40,991 nt of DNA from contig JAJDCN010000232.1 in the NCBI GenBank assembly GCA_029260815.1, positions 1 to 40,991 on the forward strand. The letters are read 5' to 3'. Source of the DNA: Planctomycetota bacterium (GTDB lineage: Bacteria; Planctomycetota; B129-G9; JAJDCN01). The notes beneath the pieces were generated by a model. That model was not told the origin of the DNA and made no database searches. It saw only the letters and a program-made list of their open reading frames with translations. Both the position numbers and the translations under genes were made by a program. Below are positions 32,793 through 40,991 of this stretch, one piece after another. Numbering within the stretch: position 1 is the first letter of the stretch; each line of letters starts with the position of its first letter.

Positions 32793-34205
32793 TTACTCGT
32801 TTGTCATCTTGACCGATGTGTCGATTCGACTCATATCGGACGGTACACCAGCCCGCATGGCGCTGACGATCGATTCCATATGCATTCCCCGGGATCCTTT
32901 AATCAGGACGATTGCGCCGTCGGGGATAAGAGATACGTGCTTTGTGCAATCCGTGGTGTTGACGAAACAGCGGATGTTCTCCGGTTTCATCCCCTGGCGA
33001 ACCGCCTCCACCGCGATTTCGTTAGCTTGTAGACCGATGGTCCAGAGAACCTCGATCCCGGCCTGCGCGACCTGCCGCCCGACGCCCGAATGATAGAGCT
33101 CCGCCGCCCCGCCCATTTCCAGCATGTCTCCGAGGATCGCCATCTTGATCTGTCCTCCGGTCAGAGAGGCCACGCTCTTGAGAGCGGCTTCCATGCTGCC
33201 AGGGTTGGCGTTGTAGGAGTCATCGATTACCAGGGTCTCCCCCAATTCAAAGACTTCCATTCGGTGGCTCGGCGGTGTGAAGTTCAGCAGCCGCTTCGAG
33301 CAGTATTCCAGCCCGATGCCCAGCCCGGAGCAGGCCGCCACGGCTGCGAGGGTGTTGTAAACATTGTGCCGGCCCAGCCCGGGTATCTCGAACGGGACGT
33401 CGTTGATTCGGAACGTCAGCTCGTAGCCGGCTTGTCGAATGGCACTCGCTTGGAAGTGCGCCGTTGTTTCCACTGCGAAGGTTGCCGTGTGGGCCCGGGT
33501 GACGTGCAGCATGACATGCGCGTAGGGGCAGTCCAGGTTGATCACTGCCAGGCCGTTTTCACGGACCGCCGCAATTAATTTGCTCTTTTCTCGGGCGACG
33601 CTGCTTTCGCTGCCGAACCCGCCCAAGTGGGCCGAGCTGACACCCGTAACCACGCCGATATCCGGTCGAGCGATATCGGCCAGCCGTTCCATCTCGCCCA
33701 CTTGACTACAGCCAATTTCCATCACCGCCGCCCGCGTTCGGGGCGTAATGGTGAGCAAGGATTTTGGTAGGCCGATCTCGTTGTTGAAGTTGCCCTTGGA
33801 CGCTACGGTTGGCAGAGAATCTTTCAGGATGTGGTAGATCATTTCCTTGGTGGTTGTCTTGCCATTAGAACCGGTGACCGCGATGAGCGGCGGGTTGACA
33901 GCGTCTCGGACGAAGCGGGCCAGTTGGCCCAATGCCGCGCGGGTGTCGCGCACGGTCAAACAAATACAACCTTCCGGGACTTTGCTCATTGGCCGGTTGG
34001 TCAACACGGCTGGACACCCGGCCTCCGCGGCCTCGGCGATGAAGTCGTGCCCGTCGAAGTTCTCTCCACGAATCGCGATGAACAGTTCGCCCGGCTGAAG
34101 GGTTCGCGTGTCTGTATTGATCGATGTAAACGCGATTTCCGGACAATTGCCTTCCAAGGTCGCCCCGGTAATGCATACGATTTCTTCCAGTGATAGATCG
34201 ATCAT
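32793..34205 (-). CDS. murF: UDP-MurNAc-tripeptide--D-alanyl-D-alanine ligase
   Basis: IAVTGSNGKTTTKEM (P-loop), DDSYNANPGSM and LGDMLEMG are present. The gene overlaps the murE stop as ATGA. Confidence 0.92.
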   Translation of the reverse strand: MIDLSLEEIVCITGATLEGNCPEIAFTSINTDTRTLQPGELFIAIRGENFDGHDFIAEAAEAGCPAVLTNRPMSKVPEGCICLTVRDTRAALGQLARFVRDAVNPPLIAVTGSNGKTTTKEMIYHILKDSLPTVASKGNFNNEIGLPKSLLTITPRTRAAVMEIGCSQVGEMERLADIARPDIGVVTGVSSAHLGGFGSESSVAREKSKLIAAVRENGLAVINLDCPYAHVMLHVTRAHTATFAVETTAHFQASAIRQAGYELTFRINDVPFEIPGLGRHNVYNTLAAVAACSGLGIGLEYCSKRLLNFTPPSHRMEVFELGETLVIDDSYNANPGSMEAALKSVASLTGGQIKMAILGDMLEMGGAAELYHSGVGRQVAQAGIEVLWTIGLQANEIAVEAVRQGMKPENIRCFVNTTDCTKHVSLIPDGAIVLIKGSRGMHMESIVSAMRAGVPSDMSRIDTSVKMTNE

Positions 34206-35701
34206 GACATATCCTTTGGAATGGCGTTGATGGCAACGGAAGCCTTTGAGTGCTGCAACTCCTGTAGCGCCTGCGCGGCTACGATCCGGTCATCGAAGGG
34301 GATTACCCGATCAGAGAGAACCTGGCGTGCTTCGTGTCCTTTGCCGGCGATCAAAACGATATCGTCCGGTTCGGCCGCTGCGATCGCCTTGCGAATGGCT
34401 GTGTGGCGGTCCGGCTCGGTTTCGTAATGTGTCGCTTCGCCGATGCCGGTTAACACTTCATGAATAATTGCCTCGGGGTCTTCGCCCCGCGGATTGTCGG
34501 AGGTGACCCAGAAGCGATCCGACCAGCGCTCCACCGCGGCTCCCATCTTCGGACGCTTGGTCCGGTCCCGGTCGCCACCGCAGCCGAATACCGTGAGGAT
34601 CCGGTTGCGTTTGAGTTCCGAGAGGTTGGCCAGCACCGTGTTCAAGGCGTCGTCGGTATGCGCGTAGTCGACCAGGACGTGAAATGGCTGACCGCAATCG
34701 ACGCGTTCCAACCGCCCTGAAATCGTTTCCACCTCTTCCAGCCCTCTCCGGATGGCGTCGGTGTGAATGCCCATGGAAAAGGCGCAGGCCGCTGCGGCGA
34801 GAGCATTGTAGATGTTATGGACGCCGATCAGTGGCCAGGCCACAGAGAATGAACCCGCCGGCGTGCGGATCTCAAAAGTCGCCCCCTCCAGTCCGGCAGC
34901 GTCCACGTGCCCGCGAACCATCCCCTCGTGCAGCCCGTAGGTGATGACTCGGGCGCGCGTTTTTTCAATGATCTGCCGGCCGCCACGGTCATCTGCGTTG
35001 ATTGCGGCCACGGCGTTTGCCCCCAGTTGTTGAAACAAGAGTCCTTTGGCGGCCAGGTATTCTTCCAGGGTTCCGTGGTAGTCCAGATGTTCGTGGCTCA
35101 GGTTGGTGTAGATTGCCGCCTCGAAGGTGACGTCGCGGACGCGTCGTTGGGTCAGAGCATGAGAGGAAACTTCCATGACTGCATACTCTACGCCCGCCGC
35201 CCGCATCTGCTCCAAGTGATGTTGCAACTCCACCGGTCCGGGCGTCGTGTTGTCGATCGGGAGGAAGCGCCCGGCATATTCGCAGCCGACCGTCCCGATC
35301 AGGCCGGTGGCGTCTCCGGCCGCGGTCAGGATCGCGCGCAACAGATAGCTGGTGGTCGTTTTTCCGTTGGTCCCGGTCACGCCGACCACGTGCATCTTGG
35401 TGGAAGGACAGCCGTGGATGAATCCGGCCAGACGCGACAGCGCCGCGCGGGCGTCGGGAACAAGGATCATGGGAATGCTCTTGGACGTGACGGTGTGGCG
35501 CTGGGCTACGATCGCCGCGGCTCCGGCCTTGAGAGCGTCGGGCACGAATCCGGTCCCGTCCACGTCGATCCCCGGGATCGCGACAAAGACCGATCCATTG
35601 CGTACCCGGCGGGAATCGCACTCCACCGAGACAATCTCTCTTTCCCGAAAGTTTGCCGCTTTATAAGACTCCAGCGATGATAACAGCTTGCTCAGCTTCA
35701 T
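34202..35701 (-). CDS. murE: UDP-MurNAc-L-Ala-D-Glu--2,6-diaminopimelate ligase
   Basis: VGVTGTNGKTTTSYL and VDYAHTDDAL are present. The DNPR motif (TSDNPRGEDP) indicates meso-DAP specificity. Confidence 0.92.
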   Translation of the reverse strand: MKLSKLLSSLESYKAANFREREIVSVECDSRRVRNGSVFVAIPGIDVDGTGFVPDALKAGAAAIVAQRHTVTSKSIPMILVPDARAALSRLAGFIHGCPSTKMHVVGVTGTNGKTTTSYLLRAILTAAGDATGLIGTVGCEYAGRFLPIDNTTPGPVELQHHLEQMRAAGVEYAVMEVSSHALTQRRVRDVTFEAAIYTNLSHEHLDYHGTLEEYLAAKGLLFQQLGANAVAAINADDRGGRQIIEKTRARVITYGLHEGMVRGHVDAAGLEGATFEIRTPAGSFSVAWPLIGVHNIYNALAAAACAFSMGIHTDAIRRGLEEVETISGRLERVDCGQPFHVLVDYAHTDDALNTVLANLSELKRNRILTVFGCGGDRDRTKRPKMGAAVERWSDRFWVTSDNPRGEDPEAIIHEVLTGIGEATHYETEPDRHTAIRKAIAAAEPDDIVLIAGKGHEARQVLSDRVIPFDDRIVAAQALQELQHSKASVAINAIPKDMS

Positions 35702-35719
35702 GAACAGGTCGCCTTTCTC

Positions 35720-37432
35720 TCATTTGTCCGGTTTTACCTGCAAGTGGATCAACGATTTCTCGATGATCTCGGAGACCGCAGGTGCGGCCACTGTGCCGCC
35801 GTAGTGACTTCCATGCGGCGTATCCACGGCCACCAAAACGCACAGCTCAGGCCGGGGAACAGGAGCGATGCCGACAAAATAGCCTACGTAATCGGTTTCC
35901 GAATAGCCTCTGCCGTTGGGCAGGGCCTTTTGCGCCGTTCCCGTCTTTCCGCCCACCGTGAAGTGTTCGGTGGCTGCCTTTTTTCCCGTTCCTTCTTCCA
36001 CCACAGCCTGCAGAATCGGCCGGATTTGCTGCACCGCCTCATAGGACAGCACCCGCCGTAGTTCCTGCGGCTCGTTTTGTTGCAAAAGATTTCCATCTGT
36101 GTCTTCGATCCGGGCAATGAGATAGGGCCGGAACAGGATCCCGTAGTTCCCCAGCGAGCAATAGGCGCTGGCCAACTGAAGCGGCGTAACGGTCATCTCC
36201 TGCCCGAAGGCGACCGACGCCTGGGAGTAGTTGTTCCAGCGCTCCATCGGAGTGATCCGCCCGCGCGCTTCGCCCCGCAGGCCCAGATCGGTGGGGCGTC
36301 CGAAGCCCAGGGAGACGACAAAGTCCCGCAACTGCTGATGGGTCAGCATCATCCCGATCCGCGCCGCGCCGACGTTGCTCGACTTGACAACAACGTCGCG
36401 TACGCTCAGCATCGCGCTACGCACATGATCGCGGATTGTTCGTCCGCCAACGCTTCCGGTGACCGAGATCATCGTATCCGGCCGGACCAATCCAAGATTG
36501 AGCGCGGCCGCGACCGTAAAGGGCTTAAACGTGGAGCCTGGATCGTAGGCGTCTGTGATCGCTCGGTTGCGCCGCTGGTGGGGTGTGGAGGCCGAAAACC
36601 GGTTCGGATCGTAGCCCGGCCGAGAGGCGATCGCCAGGATCTCACCGGTATAAGGCCGCATCACGATCGCGATGGCCCCCTCCGCCTTCCACTTCACGAA
36701 GGCCTCGTCCAGGGCCGCCTCCGTGATCGCCTGGATCTCCGGGTCGATGGTCAAGATCACATTGTGGCCATCGATCCCCGGCATTCCTTCCTCGCCAAGC
36801 GATGGGATGGGGCGACGCCGTGCATCGACGGCACTGGTCCGCTGACCGGGCGTGGTTCGGAGGAAGTTGTTGAACGCCAACTCGAGGCCCTCCAGCCCCC
36901 TGTCGTCACGATCCTTTTCGTCTTGGGTCACGAAGCCGAGGACTTGCGCCAGCATCTTACCCTGCGGGTAGCGACGTTTGTACTCGTACCGAAAATGGAG
37001 ACCGGGGACGCTCAGGCTGTGGACCGCTACTGCGTCCGACTCGCTCAAGAATCGGGCGAGCCAGACGAAGCGGTAGGGCGTTCCATTGGGTCGACGACGC
37101 ATCAGCTTGCGCTCGATGCGCGTCGGGTCGAGGCCGATCGCGGCGGACAACATGGCCGCGACACCGCTGGGATTGGCGATCCGCTCCGGGTCCGCGTACA
37201 GCGACGGGACCCGCTCGGAGGTGGCCAGCAGCGTACCGTCGCTGGCCCGGATGTCGCCGCGCTTGGGGACGTCGGGCATCTTCATCCGTTGCTGCCGGTC
37301 GGCGGCCCGGGCCGATTCCGGGCCGGCCACCACCTGGATGAAGAACAGCTTTACCGCCAGGCCCGCAAATACTAACACGATCACGATCTGCGTGACGGTG
37401 GCAGTTCTGGAGATCGAGGCTTCCCCATCCAT
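35720..37432 (-). CDS. ftsI: Class B penicillin-binding protein / peptidoglycan D,D-transpeptidase FtsI
   Basis: There is an N-terminal TM. The active-site triad of motifs is STFKP, SSN (VKSSNVG) and KTGTA. Confidence 0.9.
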   Translation of the reverse strand: MDGEASISRTATVTQIVIVLVFAGLAVKLFFIQVVAGPESARAADRQQRMKMPDVPKRGDIRASDGTLLATSERVPSLYADPERIANPSGVAAMLSAAIGLDPTRIERKLMRRRPNGTPYRFVWLARFLSESDAVAVHSLSVPGLHFRYEYKRRYPQGKMLAQVLGFVTQDEKDRDDRGLEGLELAFNNFLRTTPGQRTSAVDARRRPIPSLGEEGMPGIDGHNVILTIDPEIQAITEAALDEAFVKWKAEGAIAIVMRPYTGEILAIASRPGYDPNRFSASTPHQRRNRAITDAYDPGSTFKPFTVAAALNLGLVRPDTMISVTGSVGGRTIRDHVRSAMLSVRDVVVKSSNVGAARIGMMLTHQQLRDFVVSLGFGRPTDLGLRGEARGRITPMERWNNYSQASVAFGQEMTVTPLQLASAYCSLGNYGILFRPYLIARIEDTDGNLLQQNEPQELRRVLSYEAVQQIRPILQAVVEEGTGKKAATEHFTVGGKTGTAQKALPNGRGYSETDYVGYFVGIAPVPRPELCVLVAVDTPHGSHYGGTVAAPAVSEIIEKSLIHLQVKPDK

Positions 37433-37478
37433 GGTGATCGCTCCCCTTGCGTGCTATCGCGTGCGTCTGGCCGCGGCG

Positions 37479-38240
37479 TTAGCCGATGTCCTTGGGCAGA
37501 ATGAAGATCTCCACTCGACGGTTTTTCGCTTTTCCTGCGTCATCGCCGTTGTCGGCAACCGGCTGGAATTCACCGTAGCCAGCGGCGTAAACGATCTGCT
37601 GGTCGACACCATGCTTCGCAAGGAAGCGCGCGACGGCAGTGGATCGACCGACAGAAAGGCCGAGATTGTCGATCCAGACCTTTGCGGTCTTCCTGAGCGG
37701 AACGTTGTCAGTATGTCCATCGACACGGACTTTGGCAGCGTCGGTTTTCAGGACATTGGCCAACTGCGTCAGGGTCTGCTGGACCGGTTTTTTTAGAGCG
37801 TTGGAACCGCTGAAAAACAAAAGGTCCCCGGAAACATTGAGCCTGATCATTCCGTCGACCATCGTACCGGTGAGCCCGGTTTTGTCTTCAATCTCCTTTA
37901 GCAGCGCAGCAATCCGTTGTTCCTGTTGTGTCTTACTGCTCTCCAAGGATTTGATTTTGTCATGGGCGGCTCTTAGGCGGTTGCCCTGTCCGTTTAACGC
38001 GGCGAGTTGATTCTGGAGGTCGGCAATGCGCTGCTGCAGCGCAGCGATCTGTTTGGCGCCGGAGCCGTCCTGGTTCCGCAGGGCCTCCAGCTCTTGGAGC
38101 CTGGCGTTCTTTTCGGTATTAAGAATGTTGTAACGGTCCTGCAAATCGCTGTGCCTTGCACCGGAGACGCACCCTTGCGTCAGTACCACAGTGAAGGCAA
38201 CGACAGCGATAGCGACCACAACTCTTGAAACTCGATTCAT
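37479..38240 (-). CDS. Coiled-coil lipoprotein with a C-terminal OmpA/MotB-type peptidoglycan-binding domain
   Basis: GAGGAGAGGGG precedes the ATG at 38240. The lipobox is FTVVLTQGC. The coiled coil is LQELEALRNQ...IAALQQRIADLQNQLAAL. The OmpA_C-like part is FFSGSNALK...VDGHTDNVP...NLGLSVGRSTAVARFL...GYGEFQPVADN...NRRVEIFI. Confidence 0.8.
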   Translation of the reverse strand: MNRVSRVVVAIAVVAFTVVLTQGCVSGARHSDLQDRYNILNTEKNARLQELEALRNQDGSGAKQIAALQQRIADLQNQLAALNGQGNRLRAAHDKIKSLESSKTQQEQRIAALLKEIEDKTGLTGTMVDGMIRLNVSGDLLFFSGSNALKKPVQQTLTQLANVLKTDAAKVRVDGHTDNVPLRKTAKVWIDNLGLSVGRSTAVARFLAKHGVDQQIVYAAGYGEFQPVADNGDDAGKAKNRRVEIFILPKDIG

Positions 38241-38305
38241 GTCCCCTCTCCTCATTACGAGTGACGATTAAATGTGAAAAAACAATTCGTTTAAGTCGTT
38301 TCCAT

Positions 38306-38770
38306 CTAGTTGGACGGAATGGCAATTATGGCACCAGCACGCAGCTCGCCATTGGAGCCGATCTTGCCGGGGTTGGCATTCTTGATCGCCTGCCACTTCT
38401 TTCCGGTGCCATAGAAGCGTCGGGCCAGCGCCCATAGCGTATCGCCGCGCTGTACGGTGTACTGACGGCCTTGCGCGTTCGGCTGGGATCCGGCAACCAC
38501 GGTGGCCGACGCGGTGGTCAGCTCCGGCGGCATGGACATCGGGCTGGGAGTCAGGACCACCGGCCGCGCCTGAAGAGCGGCCAGACGGGCTTGCTCCCGC
38601 TGTTCTTTGATCTTTTGAATCTGTGCGGCCACTTGCTGGTGTTCCTGTTCCAGCAGTTCGGTCCGATGGTTCAGCTTGTCATCCTTTTCCTGGGAAACAC
38701 AACCGGCGACGCCGATGCCACCGATCAACAGGGCCGCCGCAACGGCCAACGGTTTTGCGTACGCTTTCAT
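38306..38770 (-). CDS. Coiled-coil lipoprotein with a C-terminal LysM domain
   Basis: GAGGTG lies before the ATG at 38770. The lipobox is LIGGIGVAGC. The helical segment is LLEQEHQQVAAQIQKIKEQREQARLAAL. The LysM domain is YTVQRGDTLWALARRFYGTGKKWQAIKNANPGKIGSNGELRAGAIIAIP. Confidence 0.75.
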   Translation of the reverse strand: MKAYAKPLAVAAALLIGGIGVAGCVSQEKDDKLNHRTELLEQEHQQVAAQIQKIKEQREQARLAALQARPVVLTPSPMSMPPELTTASATVVAGSQPNAQGRQYTVQRGDTLWALARRFYGTGKKWQAIKNANPGKIGSNGELRAGAIIAIPSN

Positions 38771-38827
38771 AAACACCTCACAAAAATGGGATAAATCGAT
38801 TCTCAATTTCTTTACAAACGTCACGAT

Positions 38828-39538
38828 CTAGTGAACCTCCGGCAGAAGGATTACCTGCCCGGTGGTTAACTCGCCGTGAGCTCCGATCTTGTCCGGATTT
38901 GCTTCGCGGATCTGGCGCCACTTGGAACCATCTCCGTAGTGATCCTTGGCCAACTCCCAACAACTGTCGCCGAACTTTACTTTGTGTTGTTTGCCCGTTC
39001 GAGCCACCAGCGTTGTGCCTCCGGCGATGACGGTTGGGATCGTTTCGGTCGGCGGTTCAACCACGGCCGGTGTGATCGCCCCCGCATCGGGGATCGCGAG
39101 CTTGGTTCGCAGCTTCAAGTGCCCTTGAGGGCTGACCAGGTTGGCGTTGGCGTCACGGATCTTCGTCCACATCCGACCGTCTCCATAGTACTTAACGGCC
39201 AACTCCCAGCAGGTGTCGCCATTCACGACCGCGTGGAACGTTTGAGCAGCTGCAACGGCAGGAAGCGCGAGGATCGGTGGGGTAATCCCTCCGCTGGCCG
39301 TCTCCATCGGGACGGTTGGGGCTTCGGGCACGTTTACTTCCTCGACAGGTGGACGATGGGTGGGTGGGCGCTCTTGTCCTGGCGTCGTTTGCGTTGGGGC
39401 AGGCTGCTCCGACTCTGCGGCCTGAACGCTGGTGGATGCTTGGGTCCCGTTCGGGTCCGTCAGGCGGTCGAACAGCACGTTTACCAGGACCATTAACAGC
39501 AGTAGGGCAAAGATCCCGATGTACGCCGTTTTTGTCAT
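38828..39538 (-). CDS. Membrane-anchored protein with two LysM domains
   Basis: AAGGAGG lies 5 nt before the ATG at 39538 (MTKTAYIG). The TM is IGIFALLLLMVLVNVLF, followed by a Pro/Thr-rich linker. The LysM repeats are FHAVVNGDTCWELAVKYYGDGRMWTKIRDAN... and HKVKFGDSCWELAKDHYGDGSKWRQIREANPDKIGAHGELTTGQVILLP. Confidence 0.75.
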   Translation of the reverse strand: MTKTAYIGIFALLLLMVLVNVLFDRLTDPNGTQASTSVQAAESEQPAPTQTTPGQERPPTHRPPVEEVNVPEAPTVPMETASGGITPPILALPAVAAAQTFHAVVNGDTCWELAVKYYGDGRMWTKIRDANANLVSPQGHLKLRTKLAIPDAGAITPAVVEPPTETIPTVIAGGTTLVARTGKQHKVKFGDSCWELAKDHYGDGSKWRQIREANPDKIGAHGELTTGQVILLPEVH

Positions 39539-39569
39539 CACTGCCTCCTTCTTCATATTCTTGACAGGT

Positions 39570-39899
39570 CTACTCTTGTTCGTGTGGGTTGTGTGGGTTT
39601 CCCCCCGGAACAATATTCTCCGAAGGCTGTGGGTTCTGAGTTTGCACAAAGCCGAGCGCGTCCTGCGGTGGGACGAGCTTGATGGGGTGTTCGGCCATTC
39701 GCTGCCGCAGGGCCGCCGGGCTCGTCAAGACGGCCCGTTCCAATTCCAATTTTCGATTCTTCTCTTGCAACGCATCCCGCTCGGCCCGCACGCGGGCCAA
39801 CTCGTAGCCCAAGGTCACCTGCCGTGTGCGAAAGTGGACGACCACCAGGGCGGCGACCATTGCGACGCATACGGCGAGAATAACTTGGCGTACCTTCAT
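39570..39899 (-). CDS. ftsL: FtsL-like bitopic cell-division protein
   Basis: The position is immediately after rsmH, with the ATG at 39899 lying 1 nt after the rsmH stop. There is a single TM, VILAVCVAMVAALVVV, followed by the coiled coil LARVRAERDALQEKNRKLELERAVL. Sequence conservation in this family is weak, so the call rests on architecture plus synteny. Confidence 0.6.
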   Translation of the reverse strand: MKVRQVILAVCVAMVAALVVVHFRTRQVTLGYELARVRAERDALQEKNRKLELERAVLTSPAALRQRMAEHPIKLVPPQDALGFVQTQNPQPSENIVPGGNPHNPHEQE

Positions 39900-39900
39900 C

Positions 39901-40797
39901 CTAATTCCTCTCGATGCCGCGCAGTTTGGCACTGCGGGCTCTGGGGTTGTCTTGCACCGCCTCGGTATCCGCGGTCACCGGCTTCTTCGTAAGGACACGG
40001 AACCTGCCGGCCTGGTCGGCGGCGCGGAACCGGTGCTTAACGATCCGGTCTTCCAGAGAGTGGAAGCTGATGACTGCCATGCGGCCACCGGGGGCGAGAA
40101 GATCCATGGCTCGATCCAGAGCCCCTCGCAAGATCTCGAGTTCGTCGTTGACTCCAATGCGCAGCGCTTGGAAGGTCCGCGTGGCCGGATGGATTCGGAA
40201 GCGCTTTTTCGGATAGGCTCTCTTGATCAGGTTGGCCAACTGCTGGGTTGTTTCGATGCGGCCGGTCTCGCGGGCGCGGACAAGGGTCCTTGCGATTCGA
40301 CGGGACAGCCGATCCTCGCCGTATTGGAAGATCAGGTCAGCCAATTCCCTTTCGGGCAGTTCGTTGACCAACTGCTCGGCGGTGGGGCCGTCGGAGCCGG
40401 TGTCCATCCGCATGTCCAGTGGGCCGTCGTGGGTAAAGCCGAATCCGCGGGCGGGATCCCCCAGTTGTGGCGAAGAGACGCCCAGATCCAGGAGAATTCC
40501 GTCGACGGATTCGACTTGCCGGTCGTGCAGGATTTTGTCGATGTGGGTGAAATTGTCGTGAACCGGGACGAATGCATCGCCGAATGGCTTGAGTCGGTCG
40601 GTGGCCGCTTCCAGCGCGGCGCGATCTTGATCAATCCCTATCAACGTCCCCTTGCTCCCGATGGCCGACAACAGCAGTCGTGCGTGACCTCCGTATCCGA
40701 CGGTCGCGTCGATGAAGGTCTGTCCCGGTTTTGGCTGAAGAATTTCGACTGTTTGTTTGGCGAGGACGGGTCGATGGGTCGGATGCCCCCCCTCCAT
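39901..40797 (-). CDS. rsmH: 16S rRNA (cytosine1402-N4)-methyltransferase
   Basis: HRPVLAKQTVEIL, FIDATVGYGGHA, DGILLDLGVSSPQLGDPARGF, RIAVISFHSLEDRIVK-like (MAVISFHSLEDRIVKH) and NPRARSAKLR are present. Confidence 0.93.
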   Translation of the reverse strand: MEGGHPTHRPVLAKQTVEILQPKPGQTFIDATVGYGGHARLLLSAIGSKGTLIGIDQDRAALEAATDRLKPFGDAFVPVHDNFTHIDKILHDRQVESVDGILLDLGVSSPQLGDPARGFGFTHDGPLDMRMDTGSDGPTAEQLVNELPERELADLIFQYGEDRLSRRIARTLVRARETGRIETTQQLANLIKRAYPKKRFRIHPATRTFQALRIGVNDELEILRGALDRAMDLLAPGGRMAVISFHSLEDRIVKHRFRAADQAGRFRVLTKKPVTADTEAVQDNPRARSAKLRGIERN

Positions 40798-40806
40798 GTT
40801 AATTCG

Positions 40807-40991
40807 TTAGCCTCGCGTTGAAGCGTCGGTCGCGGACTTTCCTTCAAGCTCGGACAGATCCACGTCGAGCTCTGCCTGCCGGGCGAGTTCTGAAACATGC
40901 GGGCTCAGTTCCACCTCCGGAAGCCTTCCGGCCAGCTTGCGGATTTTTCGAATCCGTTCCATGAGCGTGTCCATTTCCCGCTCCAGGGCCT
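40807..40991 (-). CDS. 3' end of an unidentified gene (helical, charged C-terminus); not MraZ-like
   Basis: The open minus-strand frame from the window edge translates to ALEREMDTLMERIRKIRKLAGRLPEVELSPHVSELARQAELDVDLSELEGKSATDASTRG* with a TAA stop at 40807-40809. It is absent from the ORF track because it has no start inside the window. Confidence 0.4.
   Translation of the reverse strand, partial: ALEREMDTLMERIRKIRKLAGRLPEVELSPHVSELARQAELDVDLSELEGKSATDASTRG

Noticed and set aside
36077-37375. Long antisense ORFs opposite well-supported genes. Examples are 36077-37375 (+, 432 aa, opposite ftsI), 26554-27411 (opposite murC), 39826-40821 (opposite rsmH), 30863-31693, 27796-28527, 185-1144, 4401-5252, 5956-7307 and 11391-12137.
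   Set aside because: Their translations are Arg/Gly/Pro/Ala-rich with no recognisable motifs. They lie opposite genes with unambiguous family signatures, which is typical of stop-codon-poor antisense frames in G+C-rich DNA.
1-40991. A search by eye for CRISPR arrays, IS elements or transposases, integrases, phage genes, toxin-antitoxin pairs or known defence-system signatures.
   Set aside because: No regularly spaced direct repeats, terminal inverted repeats, DDE/tyrosine-recombinase motifs or nuclease/ATPase defence-type ORFs were seen in any listed frame.

Overview
This is a 41-kb bacterial chromosomal window. I saw no rRNA, tRNA, CRISPR array, transposase or integrase on either strand.

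Layout:
(i) 1-12.7 kb: the tail of a 2-oxoacid:ferredoxin oxidoreductase operon, ilvE, a C45 Ntn-hydrolase and cca. Then a five-gene ECF-sigma envelope module: sigma, ZAS anti-sigma, a large lipoprotein, an RseB/DUF4367-like lipoprotein and a secreted Gly/His/Tyr/Arg-rich miniprotein. Then a small lipoprotein, a KamA-family radical-SAM gene, and an SDR / ankyrin-lipoprotein / PTPS(QueD) trio.
(ii) 13-23.6 kb, visibly more A+T-rich: an orphan NIT-type chemoreceptor; a Fur-box-preceded Cys-rich miniprotein plus a secreted HEXXH metalloprotease; a C-terminally truncated PII protein plus DUF523; a hybrid histidine kinase flanked by two atypical response regulators; and nfi.
(iii) 24-40.8 kb, minus strand: a remodelled division/cell-wall (dcw) cluster. 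The order is rsmH-ftsL-[2xLysM anchor protein, LysM lipoprotein, OmpA-like lipoprotein]-ftsI-murE-murF-mraY-[L,D-transpeptidase]-ftsW-[LysM lipoprotein]-murG-murC-murB-[orphan orf]-ddl-[truncated GT39 fragment]-nfi.

mraZ, murD and ftsQ/ftsA/ftsZ are missing from their canonical places. Six peptidoglycan-binding or remodelling accessory genes are interleaved instead. This is the most interesting candidate for an undescribed system. It would fit an FtsZ-independent, PVC/Planctomycetes-like divisome, but the taxonomy is inference only.

All functional calls come from reading the supplied translations for motifs. No database search was run.
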